Source: Octopus sinensis | Lineage: Eukaryota | Length of the DNA: 64,000 nucleotides | Direction: 5' to 3' | NCBI RefSeq assembly: GCF_006345805.1 | Contig: NC_043026.1 | Span: 2,232,001 to 2,296,000 of the forward strand | Part shown: positions 14,501-28,723 of the stretch, one piece after another | Numbering within the stretch: the first letter of the stretch is position 1 | Layout of the letters: each line of letters opens with the position of its first letter | Program-made: the position numbers and the translations under genes | The notes under the pieces: generated by a model | Told to the model about the DNA's origin: nothing | The model's database searches: none | What the model saw: the letters and a program-made list of their open reading frames with translations, nothing else

Positions 14501-15094
14501 TTCTCATAGTAAGTTAATTTCACCAGCTCGAGCGACAGTCAACATGCAAAGCAGGATCTTTCCACCACCAACACCTTCATTTCGACGACGCTTTTCTCTG
14601 TCATCACCATCGTCGTCCTTCAACTCTACGTCGTCTCCATCTCCGTCGACTTCAGAAATACGTACACAGCACTCGCTCAGGTTTAGCTTTCTTCCTGTTG
14701 TGATATTCACCGAGGTAAACAACACAGCATTACCTGCGAGAATTCCTGTGTCAAGGGCCCTGGCACGGCATTGAAGCCCCAACTGCTACACGCTATGTGT
14801 TCAACCGTCATTCTGCCTTGTGACTCCAACATACTCTTACAGAACAAACTGCTATTATGTACCTTACTACGAACTGGTCTAATTTAAATACAGTCCTAGT
14901 CCTAGTCTATTCTACCGATTACCCAGAAGAGATCCCAGTTTTATAATCGAAGCACTCTTTCCTATGCTCTGTATTCTGTTTTGCCCGCATACACCTTGTT
15001 TGAACTTCTGTCGCACACACGAACACACAGACACAAACACTTGTCGCATGGCACACAGACACTAAACTCGCTAGCACTAACTCTCTCTCTCTTC

Positions 15095-15159
<65 letters not shown>

Positions 15160-15343
15160 TACCAACTTCCGTAAATAAAGTCTTTTCTCTCAAACAGCAG
15201 AACGGTTGTCGTCCGCATTAATTCCTCTTCGCCCTTATTCTTTTATGCCATGTATTTTGGCTGGCTTTTGTGTGGGACGATCGTGCGGCGTTTTAAAAGA
15301 GGACATTACTGTCACCCCTCCTACGTACGGTCGTATTCCTTAC
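14500..15343 (+). mobile_element. 5'-truncated LTR-like repeat
   Basis: Ends ...ttccTTACA; has AATAAA near 15174; its 3' part matches 55875-55980 in reverse complement. Confidence 0.55.
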
Positions 15344-16166
15344 ATATCTAGCCTAGGGCTATACAATTGCCTCCGACAAAGGTTCCTCTCAGATACGCAC
15401 ACACATACGCGCGGCACACACACACCACACGCATACACACATACACGCGCACGTAAACACGTATACATATAGATAACACCACAGATACACATACACCACA
15501 TGCTCCACATACACACCAAACACACAGACATACACATATACAGAAGCACACACACCCCCACATGCATATGTACGCACACACACACACTCATGTGTAAGAG
15601 ACTTTTTTAACCTAGGTCCAATGGGACATAACTCTTGTTGGATTTTCATAATTTTAAGGGAGTAAGTTTGCTGGTCCTGCTTCATTGATGCGCTAGAAAT
15701 AGTAGACAAAATAACACTATCGTCTTTTAAAATGAAGGGACACTTTACAAAGGTGGAGAAGAAACTTATTATCAAAAAGTCATAGCATCCAATATTGGTG
15801 TTTAGATTTTTTATATCACATTAGAAGGAGAGAGAAAATATTGATAAAGGAAACATTTTCACCTTCAATGTTTCTCGCCCCCTTTTTTTTTTTCACTTAA
15901 GGGCCCTTTGATTTATATTTTACTCTATTGGAATCCCGTAGCCATTCGATATTAAAGAAATCCTATTAACTTACGTATAAAAAAATGTATTGGAAGTGGA
16001 TGAGGGTCAAAGTCGGAGGCCTTGAAAGGCAGACGACCGGCATTCAAAGGTTCTGCTTTGAACACCTGGATATTTTAATAATTTTTATCGTAAAATGAGT
16101 TTCACACACACACACACACACACGCGCGCAGATGAATAGTAAAGTATTATACACTTTTGTTTCATA

Positions 16167-16229
<63 letters not shown>

Positions 16230-16403
16230 AGTAGGAGTGGGTGTGTGGTAAGTAGCTTGCTTACCAAACCGGGTTCGTTCCCACTGCGTGGCAGCTTGGG
16301 CAAAGGTCCTTCTACTATAGCCTCGGACCGACCAAAGCCTTGTGAGTGGATTTGGTAGACGGAAACCGAAAGTAGCGCGTTCGTATATATATATATGTAT
16401 ATA

Positions 16404-16452
<49 letters not shown>

Positions 16453-18062
16453 TATATATATATATAAGATATATATATTATATATATATCTGTGTATTTG
16501 AGTGTGGCCATTGCCAGTACCGCTTGACTGACATTCGTGCTGGTGGCACATAAAAGCACCCACTACACTCTTGGAGTGGTTGGCGTTAGGAAAGGCATCC
16601 AGCTGTAGAAACGCTGCCAGATCAGATTGGAGTCTGGTGCAGCCATCTGGTTTGCCAGACCTCAGTCAAATCGTCCAACGATGCTAGCATAGAAAACGGA
16701 CATTAAATGATGATGATGATATGTTTGTGTGTCTGTATTTGTCCCCACAACATCGCTTGACAACCGATGCTCGTGTGTTTACGTCCCCGTAACTTAGCGG
16801 TTCGGCAAAAGAGACCGATAGAATAAGTACTAGGCTTACAAAGAATAAGTCCTGGGGTCGATTTGCTCGACTAAAAGGTGGTGCTCCAGCATGGCCACAG
16901 TCAAATCACTTGAAACAAGTAAAAGAGTATATATATATATATATATATAAATGCTATGTGAACGATAATGTATCTATGTATCTTTTTTTTTTACTTGTTT
17001 CAGTCATTTGACTGCGGCCATGCTGGAGCACCGTCTTTAGTCGAGCAAATCGACCCCAGGACTTATTCTTTCTAAGCCTAGTACTTATTCTATCGGTCTA
17101 TTTTGCCGAACCGCTAAGTGACGAGGACGTAAGCACACCAGCATCGGTTGTCAAGCGATGTTGGGTGGGGGACAAACACAGTCACACAAATATATACACA
17201 TACATATATATACATATATATACATGTATACGACGGGTTTCTTTCAGTTTCTGTCAACCAAATCCTCTCACAAGGCTCTGGTCGGCCCGAGGCTATAGTT
17301 GAAGACAGTTACTCAAGGTGCCACGCAGTGGGACTGAACCCGGAACCATGTGGTTCGTAAGCAAGCTGCTTACCATATATATAAATTTTGTGAACAAAAG
17401 TCGGGATGTGTGACGTTCAGTTACTCAACAAATGAAAAATGCATTGACTACTACAAAATGTACAAAATGTAGGACAGACACAGAAGGACCCTAATTCTTC
17501 ATCAGTTATCGACCAAAATACTTAACACTCAGTTTCATGCTTAAATGATAGGACCGAGAAGTTCGCACATCGCTGGCATCCGCAAAATTTGCGGAGATTT
17601 AGGGCTCGAGAAAGCAAAACAGTACAGAGTGGACGTAGGAAAGTAAAGAAATGACGCAGACAGAATGAATACGGCCTTTCGACCCAACACAATGGTGGCG
17701 GGTAACGCCTAGAAGGAATCTTGAATGGACACAGGAGAAATAGGAAGAGAGGAGATGAATGGCGACCGGCAAGCTAAGCGTCCGGTGGCGAAAAGGCAGA
17801 GAGATGAGAAAATTAGTCACGGGTCACGCGTGGGCAGTAAATAGAAGGGAAGGAGGACGAGAGAGTGACGGAGAGAACAGCGAAGGAAGGAAGGGAGAAA
17901 GTCTACAATTAAGAGCGAGAAGACGAGAGAGAGGAAGAGAAGAAGTTGGATGAGGAGAAGAGAGAAAGAAAGAAGATAGAGTCACAAAAAATATACGACT
18001 CTCCCCAGACAAAATAATACATAATATATATATATATTCCATATATATATATATATATCACC

Positions 18063-18310
18063 TTGACCGACCAGTCCGTCAGGCGTCCATTTGACACCGC
18101 TGTTCACAGACGCTGTCCACTCCTCTCTGGATCGCGCCTTCCTCATCCACGTGATCCCAATCATCCTCCTGAATCCGTAACTCCACCGTCGGGAGGTCTT
18201 CCGGTGGTCTTTTCCGCTCACGCGGGTACCACTCGACATGTGTGCGTCCACCCGATTATCGGTGAGCCGGGGACGTGTCCCAGCCCATCTATACTTGTTG
18301 CGTGTCCGGC
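18063..18310 (-). mobile_element. LINE 3' end fragment (RTE-like)
   Basis: TWMRKARSREEW-type ORF2 C-terminus preceded by a GRPP-like segment. Confidence 0.5.
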
Positions 18311-18886
18311 TTTTATCTTATATCTATAAGACTGCCATATTACTATGGCGATAACAATTAATTTCCAGTAACGCTGCCGTAATCTCTTTTAGAGAGACTT
18401 AGTATTTTAATTATTTCTATTATTATTACATATATATATATATATATATATCTATATATCTATAATATATATCTACTAGCCCACGCCATACACACATACA
18501 CACACAAGCACATACACACACGTGTCATCATGCACACATACACACACACGCTCACACGACGCATGACCTCCCCTCACGACAACACACCCACACACATTCC
18601 CCCTCATCACTTTCTTTACCATACTGTATTTGATAAACTCTCCTGTCTTTTAAAAAACATTATATTCTTCTACCTTACTACTTCCACTTTCAATATGTGA
18701 ACCTCGTGAGTAACACCGCGATTCTTTTCCTCTGTCTTCCCTTCTCGGATCTTTCTTCTCCTTTGTTTCCGACGAAGAGCTCCGCTCGAAACGTTAAACC
18801 CCCCTTCTTCCTCTCTTTTCCTCAGCGTCCAATCTTATCATTTGTTCCACGTCCTTGCGTTTTTTTGTTTTCTTTGTTTGGATTAA

Positions 18887-18928
<42 letters not shown>

Positions 18929-19443
18929 CATTGTTGTGTCTGGAGAATCATTCTCTTTTAGTTTCTTATTAACTTAACCACGCACTGTTCGATTTCCACT
19001 CATTTCCTTGTTATTTTTCTAAAATTTTCGTTGTGTCCTGCAACTATTCATTGGTCGTTGACTCTGTCCGTTGTTGGAGCTGTGTTCTTTTTGTTTGTTG
19101 TTTGTGTGCATGTGTGTGTGTCAGTGTGCACGTGTATACACCTATGCATGTTATATGCATGTGCGTGTATGCATGTATGTGCATGTATGTGTATATGTAA
19201 GCGTTTATGTGCTTTTGCAAGTATGTATGTATTCTGAATGTTTGTGTATTTGTACGTGTGTATATTTGTGTGTTTCGTATGAGTTGTGTGTGCGCATGCG
19301 CATGCGCACTCATGCACACAAACATGAATACATACAAACACATGAACATGAGAATACATACATACTGCAAACAGACGTACACACACTTACACATACATAC
19401 ACATATACATACATTCATAGACGCACACACATCATACATACAT

Positions 19444-19474
<31 letters not shown>

Positions 19475-19582
19475 TACATACATACACATATACATACATA
19501 CATACGAACATACATACATATATACATGCATACATACATACATACATATATACATACACACACACATACATACATACATACA

Positions 19583-19616
<34 letters not shown>

Positions 19617-19686
19617 CATGCATACATACATACATACATATATACATACACACACACATACATACATATATACATACACACACACA

Positions 19687-19718
<32 letters not shown>

Positions 19719-19729
19719 CATACATACAC

Positions 19730-19764
<35 letters not shown>

Positions 19765-19789
19765 CACACATACATACATACAAGTATAC

Positions 19790-22700
19790 CTAGGAGAAGT
19801 CTACATTGAACAAAGTAACGAAATTACTAAACGGAACAACCTCGATGGAAACCAAAACTTGAAGAGATCAACAACGCGCACCGCCATCTTGGATGGTTAG
19901 CTACAACAATAAATGTAAGGAGAAGAATGAGTTTACACCTCACCAACTCTACCTTTGACAAAAATTAAAGAAACTTTATGGCAACTCTTCACACCGAGCT
20001 CTTGAGGCAAAGCTAATCACTTTAAAACGTGAACTCAGGGCAATGAGCGAGAAACTCCGCTATCGCATGCGAATTTTTGAACGAGCCAGTTTTAATCGCA
20101 GGTTTGCTTCCAACCCACGAGCATTTTACAGAGAGATGAGGAAGGAAAACATTTCCATTAAGAAAGTTCCCTCCCAAGAAGACCTACAATCATTCTGGTA
20201 CAAAATCTGGAACAAAAAGAGGGATTTCAAACTGAATGTATCATGGTTCAATACAACGGAGAGAGAATATTATATCAACACCATGAGTAAAACATACAAC
20301 ATTGATGGAGATATCTTCGCTACAGCAGCAGGCAAACTGCACATGGAAGGGACCTAATAGTTGGAGATCGGTACAAAAAGCTGACATTTTATAGAAAAAT
20401 TGATAAATACGTTCAAAAGGACTCTGAAAGGTCAGACTGATAGACTAAGTTGGTTTGCTACAGCATGGACAGATCTTGTTGCCAAAAATGAAATCAGTGA
20501 GATGGGAGGAAACTACAGGCCCATTGCTTGCTTAAATATTATGTACAAACTGTACACAGGTTGTCTCAACAAATTCCTCCTGGGCCAATGGGAGTCGAAC
20601 AACATTGTGACTGATGAACAGACTGGTGGGAAGAAGGGAGTGTGGGGCTTGGCCGAACACATTTTAATAAACAAAACTGTACTATCTGAGGTAAGAAAAC
20701 AACTTAGAAACCTTGTCCCAGTATGGCTTGACTATAAGAAGGTGTAGCGTACACACACGAGTGAAATTCCTTTCTCCTTTATTATGCATTCGAACGTAGC
20801 AGGGAACAGCTAACCGTTGGCCGCTACTTGGACCCCGTTGTCCACTACTTTGATTGGTTGGTATTGGCGCAATTTGTCTCTTACTCTGTCGCTCCAATTA
20901 GCCGCGTATAACCAATCGGAGCCTCTAAATAAAATCACGTGAGACAGCTTGTTCTCAACCCAATTTTGATCCTACAGCTCCTTATAAAACCCCAACTTCT
21001 CTTCGTCCAACAGCCTTACGGCAGCCTCAATCTTTGTCTCCACCATCATCTTCAACGTCGTCAACATCATCTCTACGAACACATCCCAACCAACAACTCG
21101 CCCACATCCCGACACTCCACTGTTCCTGAATCACTTCGCCATGGATCAACAGCCAATATCCAACCTGCAACGACTCCTCTACCAATCACCCAGACGGCAA
21201 CATCACCTACGACCTGTAAACAGCTCAACATAATGGCTGCCACTTCTTCATACAGTATTTCAACTACCGTGTACAATTCACTACGAACTGCTATTCTCAT
21301 TCTTGTGTCTATGAACTTCTCACTTCGATGCTCTTTCACTGTCTTTTTCATTGCCATTCTTATATATTAACACGCGCACACATCTATGCTTACACACGCA
21401 CACACATACACTTTGTTCTCGTGACGGCCGGTCTATTATTTGGTGTAGATGATGTTCACACAGTCACACATTGTTATGTGTAGTTTGGGTTCTAATGGGA
21501 TAGACAACCAAATGAAAACCATTGTTATTGTTTACGTGTTTATTGACTTCTCATGATACACGGACTCGACATTCAGCGTAGTGATACATAATATACTTTA
21601 CACACAGTTGTACTGTTCACTAACAAAATAGTGCCAAGAGTGGGGATGTAGTTTGGCATACGTAAACACATAGATATGAATGTGTAACACACATGCTTAC
21701 ATATGAATAAATCTTCTCCTAATCATTCTACCCGGTTGTGTCTCCCTTTTCTCTCAGGCATTTATATGTACTATTCATTTTAGATTTATTGTATCGACCG
21801 TCTGATGTACTAAACAGCCATTCTCGTCACCTCGCATCACATGGTCCTTACAAAGGCATTCGACTCCATCCCTCATTCATGGCTGTTGAAGTACCTACAT
21901 CTGGTAAAGGTACCCACTACCTTAATTGCTGCTATAGAGAGACTCACAAAGACATGGACGACAATTCTTACCCTCACAACTAAGAACAGAATAATTGTTT
22001 CTGATAGAATAGGCATTTCAAAGGGGATATTCCCGGGAGATAGTTTTTCTGTACTTCTTTACATTTGGGCACTGAATCCATTATCGTTCCTACTACAGAA
22101 AACAAATGGTTCCATGATTGGATCTTCAACTGCTAGAAATATCAATGGAACTCTTGATTTCTTTGTAGACGACCTCAAGATTTCTGCTAAAAGTGTTAAC
22201 AATGCCAAAAAACAGTTGGAATTAATAACGTTTTCATTTGATACAGGCATGGAATTTGGCCAAAAGAAATGTCCATATTTGGTTATAGAATGAGAAAAGT
22301 CAGTCCCCCAAACCCCAAACCTGTGCACCAACGGTCTCTCTATCTCCCCATTCCACACAAAGGCATTGACGAAAATATATAATATGAAGGCACACTGAAT
22401 GAAAATTGAGTGACCCGGGAATATTCCACCATACTTAGAAAAATACGGCAGTCGGAACTCTCCTCTTACAACAAAACATTATCCCACAATGCATTTGCAG
22501 TACCAGTGCTGATCCCAACATTTGGGATACTTGAATGGTCTGTAGAGGAAATCTACTCCATAGATATCAAAACCCGCAAAATCCTGGCAACAACTGGGAA
22601 CTTCCACAGAAACAATGATGTTGACAGGCTCTACCTAAGAAGAAATGAAGGCGGTAGAGGCCTGAGATAAGTGCAGACGGCCTTCGAATACCGTACGGTA

Positions 22701-23712
22701 TTACTCAGGCAGCACTTGCTAAACAACAGTAGCAAAAATTAATATATAAATGCAGCGCTGAAAAGTAAAGTTAGCAATATTGTACGAGTTGGCAGTGAAC
22801 TCCTCAAGAAACACTCTCTTCCTGATGATCTCCTATACAGGCCCAAAACAGCTGGGCCCTCTTACCCCAGAAAGACCTGGATGGAAAGCATTCAGTAGAC
22901 AAAAAAGACTATGCCCGGAAGCTTGAAGAAGACAATAGAATTGACATGAAGCTCAGCCTCTCTTGGACACAAGACCTCTACATCACATCACACTTTGAAG
23001 GCTATGTGTTTGCAATCCAGGAACAGGAGATTGCCAGAAAATACCTGGTGAACAAGAGAGTTAGTGACGCTCTTGTAATCCCAAGCTGCAACCGCATGTG
23101 TAGGCTCTGTCATGATTTTGTGGAAGACGTCACGAATGTGATTAGCAGCTGTCCTAAAATGTCATCATGGTACTTCCTCCCTATGCAGCACGATGTTGTT
23201 GCTAAAACAATTTACAGCGCCATCTGCAAGGAAGACTGTCTTGAAATAAATTTCCCTGTTATGGAATACACCAATTCAAGGAACATTGGTGGAATATTCC
23301 CATCAAAACTTCTGTCGAATATAGACGGATATTGTTGTTTGGAACAGAGGGGCAAAGGTATGTACCATCATAGAGGTTAGATGGTCTGCAGATATAAATA
23401 TCTCTTTGAAAATCAAAGGAAAATAGGATATCTAAGGACGACTGATTCGAAACTCCAGCTTCTACATCCAGATTATGAATTCATATTCATACCAATAACA
23501 ATTGGAGCACTAGGTTTTGCTAAAGGAGAATCTGGATAAACTGGGATTTTCAGAAAGAGAAATCGATCGGCTAATTCGTATGACAAGTGCAATCTGTGAG
23601 TGGAACAGTAAAAATATGCAAGAGTTTTCTCAAATTCCAAATGTGAATTTGTCTGTGTTAATACATCCCAAAGATGGAGCTTTGTATCTTTGTTGGAAAC
23701 CGGCACCCTCCT
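19790..23712 (+). mobile_element. Decayed R4/Dong-type (restriction-like endonuclease) non-LTR retrotransposon, interrupted by a solo LTR
   Basis: NYRPIACLNIMYK, WLDYKK|AFDSIPHSW, GIFPGDSFS, FFVDDLK, GMEFGQKKC, RLYLRRNEGGRGL and a CRLC...SSC...HD zinc-knuckle region; many stops; flanked by (CATA)n and (TG)n. Confidence 0.9.
20743..21852 (+). mobile_element. Solo LTR (Gypsy-like), 1110 bp, 4-bp TSD AAGG
   Basis: TGTAG...CTTACA termini; AAGG at 20739-20742 and 21853-21856; removing it restores DYKKAFDS in the LINE RT. Confidence 0.9.
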
Positions 23713-23716
23713 CTGT

Positions 23717-23763
<47 letters not shown>

Positions 23764-23980
23764 CGTGTGTGTGTGTGTGTGCGTGTGTGCGTATGTGTCA
23801 ACGAATTACACTCACAAGGTATTGCTTGATCTACTTCCACAGGATTGAGCTTTAGCTGACCGCATTCACGCAGTGGTTCAGAGTCCTTGACCACTTCTGC
23901 TCAATTAAGAATGCCTTGGGGGTGGGGATTAAACAACAACAATAACAACAATTAGTATTCAGTGTCCAATTAGACGATTG

Positions 23981-23986
23981 TTTATT
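23981..23986 (-). terminator. Probable polyadenylation signal (AATAAA) of the CRISP-like gene
   Basis: tttatt on the + strand about 130 nt past the stop codon. Confidence 0.6.
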
Positions 23987-24116
23987 AACATCTTACAGAA
24001 GATTTCCTTTGGCTAAGTATTTGCAACCAGTGTTACAAATTTAAAAAAATCTACTCTGCGAGTGAAGGGCTTAGATTCTTCTTTCCTAACCAAAGACCGT
24101 CAATGTCGCTTCTGTT

Positions 24117-24229
24117 TCAGCAAGATCTACAGGATTTCCTGCAGTTCGTTCTCATATAATTTGGGTTGTTGTTGCATTCTCCCATATCTGCCCACATTTT
24201 GCAGTTCTTGTTAAGGTCAGGACAAGGAT
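24117..24229 (-). CDS. CRISP-like gene coding exon 5 (ShKT domain and stop); not in the ORF track
   Basis: (D)[36 protein letters not shown]; ShKT-type cysteine spacing ending CxxSCxxC; ttttaaag| acceptor in phase 1. Confidence 0.92.
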
Positions 24230-24633
24230 CTTTAAAAAGAAATTAAAAGTCGTTTCACAGTACTATTAATAGAATCACCAGGTTGAGTGAAATTCTTTTA
24301 TTTCAATATTTCAATTCTTTCTAATGTATTTACTTAGACTTTTATTATTTCATACTCTCTGTGTGTGTGCGTGTGCGCGCGCAGTGGAAGTGGGATGGTT
24401 CATCTTTGCTCGCTTAGTATTTGGGTTTAATTTTTTTTTGATTTGGTTGAATCTTGGTTGCTTCTTTTTTTTGTTGGTTTGTTGGTCAATTAGTTTTAGT
24501 GTTTGGCAGAAAAAAGTCATTTTAAATTGATTTTTTAACGTAAGCGTGCCCAAACAAGTCGAATGCTTACACAGAGCAGGTTTTACAACCACATCATCCA
24601 AACCGACCGGGTGAAACCGGGCTTAGCTGCTAG

Positions 24634-24722
<89 letters not shown>

Positions 24723-27700
24723 ACAGTTAAAACAGTTTGGTATGGTTCTATATGACGTAAAGATTCGCAGGCCCCCTAACAGAAACCCGCCTCTTTCAGG
24801 CTTTGGATTGCCATTGCATGGAACAGTTAAATAATACATGCAGCTCTTTCTAAATGTGTTGAATGTCCTATACATCTATATACGCGCATGCGCATGAGCG
24901 CGCGTACCCTGGATATGACTATAAACTGCTTCCGGAAGTAGGGCCTTGCTTCAGGAATTCTAAGGTTTTGAGGAGAGTGGAATCACCTGTTATCCATCAT
25001 GTGAAGGCGCGTGGCTTAGTGGTTAGGGTAATGGACTCGCGATCGCAAGATTGTAGTTTCGATTCCTGGGTCGGGCGACACGTTGTATAGAACACTTTAT
25101 GTCACGTTGTTCCAGTTCACTCGGCAAAAATCAGTAATTCTGTAACAGACTGGTGTCTCGTCCACGCGGGGAATATACGCGCCATGGAAACCGGGAGACC
25201 GGCCCTTATCACTCGAGAAGGTAACTTTACCTTACTTTGATAGCCACCATTGATCCCAGTTCTATCCCAAACCGCAGTGGAAGCATCTGTTAGGGTCTCA
25301 GGTATGACTTAATTGGCCATACCTGAGACAGGTAGGGCTTGCCTACCTGTGCATGTAAAAGACGAATCTAGAAGACGCTACAGAAGAAGCAACAATGCAG
25401 TATAGAGTGCAGAGAGCAAGATGAGGCAAGCAAGACATGTTGGTCATCCACTGCATCCATCTCCATCCCCAGTCGTCTTGTCCTGGTCTTGCCACTGGAC
25501 TGAATATAATTACAGACAAGAGAGTGAGGTTGATGGTGGGCAACTTTTCTTCACTTCGAAGTCACTGTGCAAGTCATCGGTCCTCGTCTCCGCCACCGAT
25601 CAACATGGAATATGTATATATAAAAGTGCACGACGCGTGTCTGACTTCGCCACGGTGTCAACGTTCACATAGCTTGAGATTGCTAGGCTGTCGTTTCGAC
25701 GTTTCTGTGGGGAACTACAACAGGGATGAGATCGCCGACCTCGTCGGGTTATATATCTTGGATACCCCCAAGAAACACACTCACCCACACAGGTCGGCCC
25801 TTTCCAGGGACGACGGACAATGTAAACTCGTACAAGTTTACATTCTCCTAGAAGTAAGTTCTTATGAAAAAAAGGGGTTCTTCACTCCCAGTGGTTCATA
25901 TGTTGGTTAAGCCATAGGTGGAAACCTAACTGGTTGGGAACCACAGTGGCTAAGAACTGGTTCCACATTCTTCAAACACTTGGAACTCCCGTTGTGGGGC
26001 CCTACTACTGGATTCAGGTTAAATTCATATCCGGGTTACTGAAGCCCTAATACTTTATCTTAAACATACAATCTTGCCCCACAAAATGATGCCTGATGTT
26101 ATTTTAATACAAGGTAAAGAGGCGGAGGTGAGTGCGCGCGCGTCTTTGTTTTTGTGTCTGTCCCTCCTCGTCATTGCTTGGCAACCGGTGTTGGTGTGTT
26201 TACGCCCCTGTAACTTAGTGGTTCGGCAAAAGAGACCGATAGAAAAAGTACGAAGCTGAAAAATAAACAAATACTATGATTGATTTGTTCGACGATAAAA
26301 ACCCTTCAAGGTGGTACTGCAGCATGGCCACAGTCCAATGACTGAAACAAGTAACAGAATACAATGTTAGCTCAAAATACTTTCACCTGATCTAATTCTG
26401 ATATATGATGGCATCGACATAAAGTTGCCCAATACTTTATTAATAATATATAATCTCGGCAAATAGGAAATGCTACCCGTTTTGCCCATCAAAAGAGAGT
26501 ATCTACTTCAGCATTATATACACAGGGGAAGACTTACCCATGGCTGCTACGTCACCTGAATGTCCTCCTGTGAAAAGATAGAAGAGTTTCATATCATTTC
26601 TAGCATAAATTATAAATTCACTTTTACGCACATGCGCACACGCGTTTCCTTCATTTTGTACCACGTGCAGATAAGTATAACCTGAAGACTGGACTGCAAG
26701 TGTCAATAAAACAATAGCAGCCCACTTGATAAGTTCACCCATGTTGATGCGCATGCGTGTGTGTTTGTTTCCCCATGCTTGAAACTGGTGCTGGTTTGCT
26801 TATGTTCTGGGAACTTATCAGTTAGACAAAGAGAACAGATGGAATAAGAACGTGACTTTTAAAAAATTTATGCTGGCAACAATTTGTTCGACGAAAAACC
26901 CTTCAAGGTGTTGCTCCAGCATGGCTACTATCCAACGACTGAAAACAGTAAAAGGTAGAAGGTAAAGTATCTAGCGGCACTCGTCATCGAACCCACTCAG
27001 GGCATGCTGGAGATCACCTTCTGATGAGCCAAGTGGCAGCATATCGTCTAGGAATACCAGCCGACCAATCCTACACTTGTGATATCACTTCCAAAACAGC
27101 CGCGCACGTCAATCCAGTTCATAAAATTTTGAAAATGGTGGTGATAAAAGGCACCCCTGCCGATGTCCAACGCCACATTGGAAGGTTTCTGCTTTGCGCC
27201 ATTTATCCGAACACAAACATCTGTGCATTGATATAGGGATTTCACGGCAACCAGAAGTTTTCCATTAATCCCAGACTCCTGTAAAACCCTACACAGCATC
27301 GGATCATATGTCTTTCAAGGTCTACAAAACAATGTACATCTCTTGGCTATATCCTTACGATTTAAGGTGGTGACCTGACAGAATCGTTAGCACGCCGCAA
27401 AAAATGTTTAGCGGTATTTCGTTCATCTTCACGTCCTGAGATCAAATTCCACCGAGATCGAATTTACCTTTCAGCCTTTTGGGGTCGATGAAATAAGTAC
27501 CAGATGATCACAAGAGTCGATTAAATTGACTTACGCCCTTCTTCGGAATTGCTGGCCATGTGCTAAAATTTGAAATCTATTATTGCTTTCGTTATCTATA
27601 AAAGCCAACGCAATTTGTCTTTATGCACAATAATGTCTTCTGTTAAACATTTGCGGGTGTTGTTCGATTAATTCTTGTTGTTGGCTGCGTCTCGTGTTTC

Positions 27701-28687
27701 CGAGCTTGCAATCCAGTTCATTTTTCTGGGTGTTTGAACCGCAGATGGCTTCGCAATCCAAGAGTTGCATGAAACATTGTGGACAAGGGATAAAAGGGGC
27801 TGGTTTGGAAAGGAGAAGGCACTGCTTTCTCTCCTGTCTCTTGAGTTCAGCTCTCGCGACTCGGGCTTTCTCGAAGTCCGCAGAACCCGTTTTGATGGTG
27901 TGTCTCCAGGGGGGTCTGTTTTCCGAGATATCTTCTCAGTGTGCGGGGTCGATATTGGTGCTTTTTCAGGGTTGATTTGAGTTGGTCCTTGTACCGCCTC
28001 AAGGGGGCTCCACGAGGACGTTTTCCTTCAGTCAGTTCACCGTAGAGACAGGTCACGGACGTGACCTGACCATCGGAGGCGATGTTCAATGATCATTGAA
28101 CACTGAACATTGAATAATTCTACAAGTAGAACAAGAAACATATTTTCATTCATTAACTCAACCAGCTACCAGTGTAACCAACAACAACAACAATACCTAC
28201 ACAACAATGTTTACATACATACATACATACGTACATACGTACATACGTACATACATACATACATGCATGCATACATACACACATAGTCTAAACATGCAAC
28301 TATATGCATGAAAATACATACATAAAAACAAAGCATAAACCTCCACATGCACCGACTCCAAATACCATACATATACACACATATATACACAAATACCCTA
28401 TTGAGGTTGTTGAAATTCCAATGAAGAGCCTTTGATCTGGGTTAGAAACAGGTTCTTTCCCATTTGGCAAAAAAATCTTGAAATAAAACTGAATAATGAC
28501 ATACATACATACATACTTATATCGTGGCTGTGTGGTAAATAGCTTACTTACCAACCACTTGGTTCTGGGTTCAGTCCCATTGCGTGGCACCTTCGGCAAG
28601 TGTTTTCTACAAAAGCCTCGGGCTGACCAAAGCCTTGTGAGGTGATTTGGTTGATGGAAGCTGAAAGAAGCCCGTCGTATATATATT

Positions 28688-28723
<36 letters not shown>

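Noticed and set aside
26503-26754. ORF with a signal-peptide-like stretch ([20 protein letters not shown]) in the last intron
   Set aside because: No recognisable domain, weak donor, no partner exons; the host gene's phases already match without it.
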